Below, piece by piece: positions 1 to 12,600 of a stretch of DNA of 64,000 nt. The translations under genes were made by a program, and so were the position numbers. The DNA is taken from assembly GCF_964355755.1 (NCBI RefSeq), contig NC_092671.1, forward strand, positions 5,456,001 to 5,520,000. The letters run 5' to 3'. Within the stretch, counting starts at the first letter, position 1. Every line of letters begins with the position of its first letter. The notes below the pieces were generated by a model. That model made no database searches. It saw only the letters and a list, made by a program, of their open reading frames with translations, and was not told the DNA's origin. This stretch comes from Antedon mediterranea (lineage: Eukaryota > Animalia > Echinodermata).

Positions 1-1348
1 GAAGAATTTGTATAGTAATAATAACATGTAATCTTATATTAAGTAAAATTTGATTCATCCATTGTAAACATATCATAAACAAATATAAAGATAAATTTTA
101 CTGCCGAAATGTTTTTTTAGTACGATATACGATTGTTTTCATTGTACTGTACTTAATTTTCGTCCATTCTTAACGCCTTACATTGTGTCTATCATATAAT
201 CTGAAACGTACAACTCGTTAACAAGTTTTTTCGGTTTTATATAACTGTACAGTTTTGTAGTATTCAGTATATAATTAGGTACAGAAATGCTAGCTTGCTT
301 GATTTATATATTACCTGGAAAGTAATGAACAGGTAGATTGTTTGTGATGGGGCACAGTGTCAATAGTTCTTGCTGAATCTAGAATACTTTGAACGCGTTG
401 TTTCAGATGTATTCCATCATTCGAATATTCATCTGGGGGCTAGTAGGAGCATGATGTTAGTCACGCTCAACATAATAATATGTTTATTTATAGTATTAAT
501 GATGAGTTGTGTAGAGCCTGTTTATCATAGTAATGATCTACTAATAGAATCACGAAACTAAATTGATCATACATAACAATCAATATTATTAGTGGTTATC
601 ATTTATTTATTAGAATAATTGAAACCTCAAATGCACATATTGTAATTAATATTTTATTGAAATTATATTTTTTATGTTCAGAGCACACATCGGATTAATA
701 GAATTAGTTTATATCATTATGGAACTATGGGCTGATTTTATAGCTCCGTGTTATCAATTAAATGTGTGTGTATCTTCGGAACTTTACCCTCTGTCATATG
801 GTTGTTGAAATTATTGCGTTTTTTTTTTAATTTTAAAAAGCTAACCAAAACAAACAGCTTGATTGGGCAAAACTTATTTTTGTTATCAGCACTTTGATAT
901 CTGCAACAGTATCCATAATTATGAAAAAGATGTTCATTTAATAGTACCAGCTCATATTTGGGCATAGTGGCGTTTTGCAATATACTGTACAGAATTTGTT
1001 AGTATAAATATATCGATGTTTATTATTAGGTGTCCATACTTTTATCACTAGGCGCAGTTTAGGACTATGCTATTTATTTAAATATATGTTACTAGCAATG
1101 TCCCAACTGGCACCCCGTATTTTACTGTGTATATGTTACAAATTATTTTCACATGTTTTAGTAATGCATTCTCGTTATATGTGTATAAACGAAAATAATA
1201 ATAAAGAAATCGAACAAAATATATTTTATTACTTTATTGTTGCTTATTTGTCCAGGTCATTAATTTTATCAATTTAATCATTTTTTATTAACCAAAAATG
1301 TGATAATTTAGATACGTGATGTCATAGATAATGATTCTTGTGGTGATT

Positions 1349-4300
1349 TCAGTAACCCATACCTCTGTAAGAAACAAAGAGAAACAAACATTTAAAAAGA
1401 ACATCAAGCAAAGCGCAATGCATCAATTCACTGTATTCTTTATTGAGCTTTACATAGAAATAATGCTTATTGGTATAAAAGTACCCAAATCTGTCCCCTG
1501 TATTTTTCACTACGGCCGAATCAAGCCTGGAAACAAATCAAGCACATCGACAAATACTGTACTTAAACAATGTACCCATGTCGGGTACAGTATATACAAC
1601 AGTTTATACTTACGAAACAGCGCAGGACTGGCGCCGAGATTTCATTCGCTGTTGGCGTAGTTTTAAATCTTGTTCGGTCAAATTATATTCGTAAGCATCA
1701 TGAAAAATCACTTTAGGAACAATCACCTGTAAAGAATTTGAAACTAGTCTACCAATAAGGTTGTTCCATCACCAATCACTATTCTTACCGATATTTTTTT
1801 TTATCCCACCATTATTTTTTGACTAGCCTTTTTGTGAACAGCATTTTCAAACTTGTTTATTGTATGTTGATTAATAACAATTCTTACTCTATGTCCGTGA
1901 AATTTCTCGATGATCATATTTTCCTGTATAGATTGCATAGCGTCCTTAATTCTTTCTTTTTCGTAGTCCATTCCGCCGGCCTTTGCTTCGCGGTCAGCTT
2001 CCAGAATACGCCGCGTTCGTTCCAATGCACACTCATGGTCCGCCCACTGTATAGATTGCCTGGCATTCAAACGGAGATCAGTTTAGTGTTCGAAGTGTTA
2101 AAAATTAAATTAAAGAAAATAGTTGTTTGTTCAAACAAAGTTAATTAAGTAGGAAAACAATGGTTGACTTACCGACGAATCATCTTATACATGACGTCAT
2201 CATGACGCATCTCAGATTCCCGCGTGGTCACTGCCTCCTTTTGTGTTTCATTTTGCTGCAAAAAAAAACATAACCATGATCAATTTGAAAATGCGGTGTA
2301 GTTAAATAACAGCTAAAACAATTAAAATGCTGCTTGTTTCGTGAATAGTATTTTGAACATAATTTGTGTGACGATATAGAGGGCGTACTAATACTATCTG
2401 ATACAGAGACATATTATATTCAATGATCTGATCTGATATGTAGAGTACTGTTTTAATTTATAGGCCTACATACGGATATCGGCGGAAATATTATGTTCAT
2501 AATAGTATAAATAGAAAATACTGTTATATAATATACAGTACTGCATTATTATCTAATATATAGTTAATTATGTGTACCTAAATAATTTTACTTACAACTA
2601 CACCAGCAAACAGTCGCATGAGCTCTTCATGTGAGAGTACTTTAAGTTGCATAGATTTGACGCTAACATTATCCATCTGTTTCTTTCCAGACGCATACGC
2701 TCTAGCCTCAGCCAATCGTCGCCTCTTTTCGTTCTCTTCCTGAAACAAAAAATAGTGTAAGTTTTGATTTGTATACTTAACGCGTTTCCCTTTCAGACAA
2801 ACGCATTATTATTAATAATAATAACGTGTTTCCCTTTCAGACAAACGCATTATTATTAAAATACTAACGCGTTTCCCTTTCAGACAAGCGCGTTATTATT
2901 AAAATAATAATGCGTTTCCCTTTCAGACAAGTGCGTTATCAAAATAATCGTCAATGATAACTTACCAGCATCAGCGACTCTAGTGCTGTTGTTGATCGTT
3001 TAAAATGCAAGACAAGTTCATCTTTCATTTCTCGGTAAAGTTCATCCAGAGCGTTCTCTTCTTCCACTTTAACAACCTTAATAGTAATTTGAATTAATAT
3101 CAAATAATGTCAACAGTGTGTTTGTACTTGCGTGTATGTCTCGAGCGAAAAAACTAAAACAATCAAATAGTAGGTGCGACTTGGTGTTTCATATACACAT
3201 GTTCACACGTATCGCACGAAAAATATCCGCAAGCTTCTCTGTGTTTCAATTTTCATAAAAAAAAACTAAAGATTTGAATTTGGTACTTAATAGCCATGAC
3301 AAGACTAGCTTTGTTCCCACTTAGACGCAGCGCAAGGACGCAAGCAACCGTAATTTGACCAATCACGATACGATGACCATCCGAAATGTCGCATGTGATT
3401 GGTCAACTTACTACTTGCGTTGCGTCCTAAGACTGTAATTTAAACTTACCTCTAGGTCTCCCATGGCACTGTCCAATTCATTTTGAATCTGCACCCAAAC
3501 ATTGTTCACATGAGCTAAACATTTCATGTAAAACCTGAACTCTTTATCATTTGATGTCTGCACAATAAAACAAAATATGGTCGTAGTTCTTAGCATGTTG
3601 TCATTTTAGGCACACGGTTTTTGACGACAGTGCATTAAATAGTATGATGTATCATACGGTAATATAACATTGTATCCATTGAATTGCCTGGTACTGTAGT
3701 AGACTTAACTAACCTTTTTTTTTATATATATACGTGATCAATAGGTATCAATCAATCAATCAACCAATCTGGTACTTGATTATCGTTATTGTTTGTGTAT
3801 GTGATTGGGTGATTGATTGCTAAGCCTCTTACCCGGTCATCGTCTATCATGGCATTCATCAGCGCCACACGTCTCTCCCGTTCGTCTTCTAACGTACAAC
3901 CCAATTGTGCATCTTTGGCCTTTCTCGTCAACACACTTAAACTGTAGTCCAGGTTGTTTTCGCATCCACGCATTATTGAATCAACTAACTTTTTTTCACA
4001 TTCCTGGTAATTAAAATTAAAGTAGTGTACACATGGTGTCATTATTTGTAGTTTTGCAACGTAATGAACGCTTTACTGTTGGTCCAGCAATGTCAAATCA
4101 ATTCGTTAAAGGTAGACAGTCATACTAAAATTAGCCATTGAAACATAAGTTTGTTTACTTACAATATTAAATCCTATCACACGGCCCAGCTCTTTATTGA
4201 TTTTTAGCAACATATTTTTGGCGCCTAAATACCGGTTTCTACCTTCCCGTAATCGCCTTGCCTTCTCCTTATCGACAGCACTGTAAAATTAAAATAAACT

Positions 4301-5731
4301 AGTTTAGTATAGTCATAGTTTTGCTAGAGATTGTTGGTAGGCCTACTCATTATCTAGTATTTATTATTAGCTATTCGGATACTATTAAAAACCACGCTAT
4401 ATCACACATTTCGATGAAATACACACTTGCCGTGATATACCAACCCTCCCCTCCCCACATTCCCGCGCCAAAAAACCCAAAGTTTCCAAATTAACGACAA
4501 TCATTCTTTTATCTATTTATTTTTTAATGCTTTTTTCTGTTCTGTTTATTCGTAACTTTCCCGATAATAACAACCCAACTGATACCCCCAACATCCCTTA
4601 CCCTATTCCACTACATATACTTACTCGTCAACGGCAGCTAATGTCATATTTCTTTGTTTCTTCTCTAAGCAGCACTGCTGTTCATTGTTCACATCCCAAT
4701 GTCGCCTGTCGTAGAAATGACTTGGTTTTTTCATTCCCGTGCGTTTGGTTTTTATCTGTTACAATGATATATTCAAGTGATACTTGTTTATTAATCTCCT
4801 TTTGAACTTATAATTGGCATAGAGTTATTTGTTTATGGCCGACGTCTGTCGTGAACGACAATGTCAATTAGTTTTACATCCATCTGAATGTTATAGATGA
4901 AACTAAGCCAGGATATAAACCTAGACTAAATAATACCCGGATCCCCAAACGTCTATATAGTATTTATAGTTGTGTCAGAAGAAAGAAAGAAAGAAAGAAA
5001 GGTGGGTCATATAGGCTATATAGCTTGTAACCCACCCATCAAGCAAGTATATACAACTGGCGGTACATGTAGGCCTAAGCGTAAAGATTTTGTTTTATGT
5101 TCAGTTGTTTCATTCGAAAGAACGTAGAAAAAATCTGTGGAAACAGTCATATTTCTCTATAAAGCTCTGTCTACACTATCAAACTAGTTTGCCCAATTAT
5201 GGTAGTGGCATGCCCAAATATACTACTGATGACATCATCATGTTCATATATGGGCAAATCACTTTTTTTTTGTCACATAAAATTTGATAGGTGGTAGGTA
5301 GGTGTAGGTGTCTACCTTGTAGTAACCAGGCCTTCGTTTGATACCCTTCTTCACGTGATCTCGGTACACTCTCTGGGCAATGATTTCTTTAGTAGTAAGA
5401 AGGAATGATACTGGTGCCTCCTCCTCATCGTACTCTTCATCGGAATCCCAATGATGGTCCAACATCTGCCAAAAAAAAGCATGTCCATAAGGAATATAAG
5501 AACAGGGAAGAGTGAAAGTAATTGTAATTTCACTTTTCCCTGATAATAATAATAATGTTTAATGAATAGATATAAAACACAACACAATAGTATTAATGCC
5601 CACTCGACTCGGACCCAACAATGTATTGCGTTTTAAATACTAATTTATATTCATTTAAATATCTGTTTTCATATTCATAATTCTTGTTCTATATTTTTTC
5701 CGTAAGCGTAGTAACCTACCTTGTGCTCCAT
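1349..5731 (-). CDS. Uncharacterised 442-aa protein, 12 coding exons (acidic N-terminus, charged alpha-helical/coiled-coil-like body)
   Basis: Manual model complement(join(1349..1364,1614..1726,1888..2059,2173..2255,2596..2739,2966..3076,3450..3557,3833..4003,4163..4280,4625..4755,5316..5465,5720..5731)) = 1329 nt. All introns are GT..AG (mostly GTAAGT donors), phases match at every junction, and there is no internal stop. It joins ORF-track pieces 5259-5465, 3752-4042, 3411-3596 and 1801-2070. Reads MEHKMLDHHWDSDEEYDEEEAP...RQQRMKSRRQSCAVSGMGY*. The first 12-nt exon and last 16-nt exon are the least certain. Confidence 0.85.
2778..2945. repeat. Intronic minisatellite, ~43-bp unit x4
   Basis: Four copies of (t)aacgcgtttccctttcagacaaacgcattattattaa(a)taa within the 2740-2965 intron. 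Confidence 0.9.
3307..3432. mobile_element. Truncated MITE-like fragment (PIF/Harbinger-like end)
   Basis: Starts agctttgttcccactt. Internal inverted repeats ggacgcaag/cttgcgttgcgtcc and ttgaccaatcac/gtgattggtcaa. Right terminus missing. Confidence 0.45.
5161..5290. mobile_element. Truncated copy of the ~150-bp MITE also at 60812-60966
   Basis: Shares aagctctgtctacactatcaaactagttt ... tgtcacataaaatttgata with the copy at 60.8 kb. Right TIR cut at 5290. Confidence 0.75.
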
Positions 5732-6610
5732 GATAATTGTTAGATATCTTTAAATTTATAACAAAGACGGAAACAGTATGTGTTTATGTTTACTTTTGTG
5801 TGTGTATGTTTACTTGTTGTGTCATCAGTCGCTATGTCCTGTGTTGTTGCTATGACGTGTGCGTTCAATTCCGAAATGCGTACATAGCAATGCATCCGGT
5901 TTAAATACGCGGGCATCTCTATCTCTAACGTGCGCAATAACGTCATGACAACATTGACGACGTCATGCGCGAACCAAACTTTATTCGGCGCGCTATGCTA
6001 GATTTTGGTTTGAATCCTTATTTTTATTTTAGCCTTTTATGTTTATTTCTGTTTTACTTTACATTTTATAAATATTTACATAAACAAACATTTTCTTTTT
6101 TTATTTAACTTTCGCTTCCGATTCCTCGCGTTAATATTTTATTTGGGCGGAATTACATCAGACTATGACATCTAAAAAGTTGAAGAGTTGAAAATATTAG
6201 AAAACAATAATATAGGATATTTGATTGTTCGTCTACTGTACTGAGATAACAAATAACTACAATATTGTTACAGTTAACTTGTAAAATGTAATAGAACTTA
6301 TAGTCTATAGAAATGAAAGTTTATATTATCCAAATTCCGGTAGCCAAAAGTTATTTCATTTTTTAAAAACATGATGATATAATCTTTCATGATTATATAA
6401 AAACACGAAGAATCATGCGTTACCTTTCAAAACAATTTAAAATTAATATTTAAACTTTATCTTTTCGTAATCCTTCTTCTCATTTTGTAACAAAGTTTCT
6501 GAACCCCAAAACATGTTTAATGTACAGTAGTAGCATAAATTGTAAGATACATCTATCAAATTTAAATAGATTCTCTTAAATTAAATCCACGAAATTGTTG
6601 TGGTATCAGA
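5732..6610. promoter_or_regulatory. Putative bidirectional promoter between the divergent minus-strand gene and the MEGF-like gene
   Basis: Start codons ~880 bp apart, head to head. CpG-rich patch at ~5850-6000 with CRE-like ACGTCA motifs (5940-5966) in otherwise AT-rich sequence. Confidence 0.5.
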
Positions 6611-9600
6611 ATGCTGCGTTATTTTATCGTAATTGTTGTCATCGTTCTTTCTTTTGGTGATTTACTGTGGGCCGCCCAAGACTGTAACCTACCAGCAGTG
6701 GGTGTTTGCGAGTACGAAGAACCGTGAGTACTACTTACTTTATTTATTTGGTCAGGTTTACGTGTGACTTTTTGCATTTGCAATGCATTGGTATTATTTA
6801 ATAAACTTGATGCAAGGTACTAGATACAATAGGAAGCCTCTGTGAACACCAGTGTCCAAAGGGAAAATACGGCTTAAATTGTGTAGAAAATTATCAGTGT
6901 AAAAATGGAGCCATCGTCTCGAAGGGCATTTGTAATGTATGAATTGATATTATGTAATAATCTAACTTGATACGAAACGAAAATGCTCGATACAAAAGCA
7001 TTGAAAATAGATAGATAAAACAGTCTGTAGCGTGCAATAAAAATGGTAAATTGGTAACTTCAGTAATTTATTTATTTATTTATCTATATGTGTTATTTGA
7101 CTCATACTGTATCTGTCAGTGCGGGTTTTTCCCCTAAATAAGTGTAGGCCTACACGTGTTTTTACTTCTTTTTTTTCAGTCTGTAGACTTATATAATAAT
7201 TCGAAAAAAACTAACAATATTTCGTATTTATCTGAGAGATTAAAAATGTACTGTAGTCCCTATGTATAGAAAGGAAGGATTGTTGTTTTTACATGTACAC
7301 GACGTATTATTTTACGATTATTTGTCTTGTTTGCAGGGAAGTATTTCCACACATTCGTGCCGTTGTATCTTTGAGACACGGATCTTATAAAGTAGCTTGT
7401 GGCTGGAAGAACTTGAAAACATGTACACGATATAGGTAAGTCCATCCATATAATTATAATACGTTACGAAATGTAATACTGTATAATATTCTCTGGAATT
7501 ACGATAACAAATCTCAGATAGCCCTAGTCCTATGTACAGTATTGTGTTGATCCGATTTGGAAAATATGTTTTTATTTATTGAATGGTAGGCATACATTAT
7601 AAACCGAATCGTACTTATTGTTGGGTTCCTCTTGTGTTATACACTATGGTGCCGTAAGTCTAACGCTTCACCTGCGTCGTTGCCTTTTTCTTTTTATAAT
7701 TTATTTATTATTAATTTGTGTCACAAAATATTTAACGGAATATTGAAATATTACGGTAAACAAAATTGTATCGACAAAAGTATAAATAATGATATTCTTC
7801 GTTCATTATTATTTAGTATTTTAACTAATACTATATTTCTAAATATCCTACTTTAGGCCCATATATTACAATACTTATGCATTACGTCTTGAAATCATCA
7901 CACAGAAGTCATTGAAATGTTGCACCGGTTACAGAAACGACACGGGCCGTTGCATTCGTAAGTTTGAATTCGTTGAATTGGATTGAATTAAGTGTTTTGT
8001 TGTTTCATAAAGATAAATTTATTTACAATTAATAGGGTGTTATCTATTTACTTAATTGATAATCAACTTTTTTTTCTGACACGATGACGTGAATTTTCTT
8101 ACAATTATTTATTTAATTTGATTCTAAAATCTATGACGTGAAAATAAATATGATTAGGCCTATGAGTATTAAATATACAATGTGTAATCACAAATCATTT
8201 ACCAGATCGTCATTAATAAACAAATTGAATTTTATATCTGAATAAAAAAATGAAACAGTATGATCGGTTACATAATATTGTGTAATTTCAAACGTAACGG
8301 TGCCGTTAACATTGTATACATTATAGGTTTAAATCAATAACAATAAAAATGCTGTTTTCTGATTGTAGCACGCCCTCTATATCGTCACATTATTGTTGTT
8401 GTCTTTTCCGTTAAAACGTTACGGGTGATTCACCTGTGTGTGAATTTCAAATAATCTATTCATATTTTAGTCTTCTTATAATTCTTCATTTGGAGACAAT
8501 GAAATGAAACTTATGGTCATATGCTAATTAACAATATTATTCTCATTCTAACTTTAATTGTATGCTCGACAGCGGTATGTGACAGTCCATGTCAACATGG
8601 GGGTGTATGTTCATCTCCCAACAACTGTCAGTGCGAAACAGGCTTCATTGGACCAGCTTGCCAATTCAGTGAGTTCATTTAACATCATTATCTCCAAACT
8701 TAACCTTATATGACGACTTTCTTTTTAGATTCTCCGTGAATTTCTATGAATAAAAAAATGTTCGTTTTGTTGATCATTGTATATTTATATTAATTTTTGT
8801 ATTAGCATGTTTTATTGATTATTATACTTACTAATAATAATGATAATTATCTATCTACCAATAACGTATTGTATAATATTTCCAAGTATTTCCTTGATTA
8901 TATCTTAAACCTGTTTAGTCTAATAACAATCTTATAATGTGTATTTAAAGCAAGTTGTAATTTAACTAACCCGTTGGTCCGTCTGATTTAATTTAATTTT
9001 TTAATCCTAAGAAACAATGAACTCTACAAAATTGTGCGCCTTTCGTCTTCATCGTTATTGATTCTCCATACAGGGTGCACGGACAATACATTCGGTGTGC
9101 AATGTTTGGAGAGCTGTGACTGCCTCAATGGCGGAAGTTGTGATAACATTCTCGGTAAATGCGTATGCCCACCTGGCTACTATAGCATCCGATGTGAGGA
9201 CGTATGTCCGCCTGGAACCTATGGTAAAGATTGTACAAAACTATGTCAATGTCAAAATGGAGCTTCTTGTGACCCAGTCAATGGTCTATGTATCTGTAAA
9301 TCAGGGTTTCGCGGTGAATTCTGCCAGAATCCTTGTAGGACCGGTTACTTCGGGCTACGTTGCGCTAAAGAATGTCGCTGTCAAAATGGCGCTTATTGTA
9401 ACAGCGGTGACGGGTCGTGTGACTGTTCACCAGGGTATAGAGGAAACTTCTGTGAATCTGCCTGTCCATCTACTTTCTACGGTGTAGCATGCTCAAAAAG
9501 GTGCTCGTGTTTGAATGGAGCAGTGTGTGATAATATTGAAGGCACGTGCTATTGTGCACCTGGGTATACAGGTGTCACATGTGCAGATTTATGTCCACGT

Positions 9601-12600
9601 GATACATACGGTGATAACTGTGCAAACGAATGTACGTGTCAGAATGGTGACTGTAATCATGTGACAGGTGCGTGTCGATGTTTTACAGGCTGGCAAGGAA
9701 TTGACTGCAACAGGCCATGCAATGCTGGGACATACGGAGTTAATTGTGAGTCAATTTGTCTTTGCGAAAACGGCGGGGTATGTAACCATGTATCGGGTGC
9801 GTGTCGATGTTCCCCTGGTTGGATTGGTATAGCTTGCAGCGAAAGTTGTGTTGAAGGTCGCTATGGGTATAAGTGTAAAAAACAATGCGTTTGTCAGAAC
9901 GAAGCAGTATGTAACGCAATCGATGGCTCATGTACGTGTACACCTGGCTGGATCGGAAGCCTCTGTGACCAGCAGTGTCCAAAAGGAAAATACGGCCTAA
10001 ATTGTGTAGAGAATTGTCAGTGTAAAAATGGAGCACGTTGCCATCACATCGAAGGGAAATGCACGTGTACACAAGGCTGGCAAGGCGATTTTTGTACCAA
10101 GCCTTGTCCTGTAGGCAGGTATGGTCTCCAATGTTCTTTAGAGTGTGTGTGCCAGAATAATGCTCAATGTGATCACGTTGATGGTACATGTACATGTGCC
10201 CCTGGATGGCGTGGTACACGGTGCTCTATTCCTTGTGGTATAGGTACTTTTGGTTACGAGTGTGATCAGAAATGCCGATGTCTTAATGGGGGATCATGTA
10301 ATCACATTGACGGCAGATGTACATGTGTTGCTGGCTATTTTGGTCCTTCGTGCAATGAAGAATGTCCAGAAGGCTATTTTGGTCTAAATTGTCTGTCTGA
10401 ATGTGAATGTGTAAACAATGCCTTGTGTCATCACCGAAATGGACAATGCGCATGTAAACCAGGCTGGATTGGAAGAACATGTGAGACACCTTGTCAAGGA
10501 GGCCGATTTGGGGATGCCTGCGCATTAAGATGCAAGTGTGGTAATCAAGGTGTTTGTAATCACGTCGACGGGTCTTGTTCTTGTCCCGCTGGCTTCCATG
10601 GTACAAGGTGTACCCTTGTATGTAATGAAGGTTACTATGGCATAGAATGTCTTTACGTGTGTCAATGTCAAAATGGAGCAACCTGTAATCCTGTTGATGG
10701 TAGTTGCCTTTGCTCAGCAGGTTGGCAGGGCACTTTATGCGATGAACCCTGTGCTGAAGGTTTCTATGGTTATCAATGCACACAAAGATGTGCTTGTTTG
10801 AATGGTGGGGTGTGTGACACGGTAGACGGAGCCTGCACATGTCCGCCAGGCTGGAGGAGCTTCTGTGGTGAGCCCTGTGCGGAGGGAACATTCGGCCAAG
10901 GATGTGAAGGACAATGCAGGTGTAAAAATGGAGCAACTTGTTCTAATTTCGATGGACGGTGTACTTGTACTTCTGGTTGGTTTGGCGCATCTTGCGATGC
11001 GGCGTGTGAAGCGGGATTCTTTGGACCTAATTGCAGATCAGAGTGTCAATGCTTGCATGGGGCTACTTGTAGCAGGTTCGACGGTACGTGCGAATGTGCT
11101 GACGGTTATACAGGTGATAAATGTGAACTTCTGTGCCCACAAGGACGTTACGGTAAGAATTGTGAAAGTCGCTGTAGGTGTTATCACAATGCTGATTGTT
11201 CTCCGTTTGATGGTGAGTGTAGTTGCCCTGCAGGATGGAGAGGAGAGCAATGTAGCATTCCTTGCAGCGCTGGATTATTTGGTATTCAATGTTTAGGACG
11301 ATGTCGGTGTCAGAATGGTGCATCTTGTTCAAGATTTGACGGTACGTGCACATGTTCAGATGGTTGGTATGGCGATGCTTGTAACATTGAATGTCCTTCG
11401 GATCGATGGGGTTTTAACTGTCAAGAAAGCTGCTTGTGCGAAAACGATTCGGCTTGTTCACGCTTTGATGGCACGTGTAGTTGTGGATTTGGTTGGTATG
11501 GTAAACACTGTAATTTACCTTGCCCTGATAATAGATTTGGTATTGGATGCACTGGAATATGCCAGTGTAAGAATAACGCAGCATGTTCCAGAATTGACGG
11601 ATCATGTACATGCGGCGCTGGTTACACAGGCAACCACTGTGATATCGCATGCCCTCCTAGTCTTTACGGTATAGACTGCAAGAATACATGTTTATGTCAG
11701 AATGATGGATTGTGCAATAGACTTGATGGTAGTTGCAACTGTCAGCCCGGCTGGGAAGGAGTCTACTGTAGTACAGAATGCAGCTCTGGAAAGTATGGTA
11801 ATAATTGTGAAGGCGTGTGTCTTTGCAGAAATGATGCTCAATGTTCGCATATTGATGGTAGTTGCAGTTGTACTGCTGGGTGGTTTGGTGTAAGATGTGA
11901 TAAACCCTGTAGACAAGGATTATATGGACCTGGTTGTAATTTTAGATGCAAATGTCGTAATGGCGGATCTTGCTCGCGATTTGATGGTGCATGTACTTGT
12001 TCATTGGGGTTTAGTGGTAAAACGTGTGAACAAACTTGTGACGATGGATTTTTTGGAGTTCAATGTCTTCAAACATGTGCTTGCCAAAATAATGCCGAAT
12101 GCTCACAGACTGATGGAACTTGTGTGTGCACAGCTGGCTGGACAGGTGATCTGTGTGATACACCATGTGCTAGTGATAGATGGGGAGAAGACTGTAAAAA
12201 CGAATGTAATTGTCTTAACGAAGCTGTATGTGACCGGTTTACTGGTTCGTGTCATTGTACTCCTGGTTACACTGGAACAATATGCCACACGCCTTGCCCA
12301 TCTGGTCGATATGGTGCGGATTGTGCTTTCGAATGTGCCTGTCAAAATGGTGCCTATTGTTCACGTTTTAATGGAGATTGTACATGTAGAAGTGGTTGGG
12401 CTGGTGACACGTGTGAATACTCATGTCCGCCTGGTTACTATGGAGTCGGATGTTTGAATGAGTGCCGATGCCAAAATGGAGCCACGTGCAACCCAGAGGA
12501 CGGTAGATGCCACTGTGGACCTGGATGGCAAGGTGTTGTGTGCAATTTGGAATGTCCAAACGGATTCTATGGTTTGAAATGTCAATCTCGATGCAAATGT

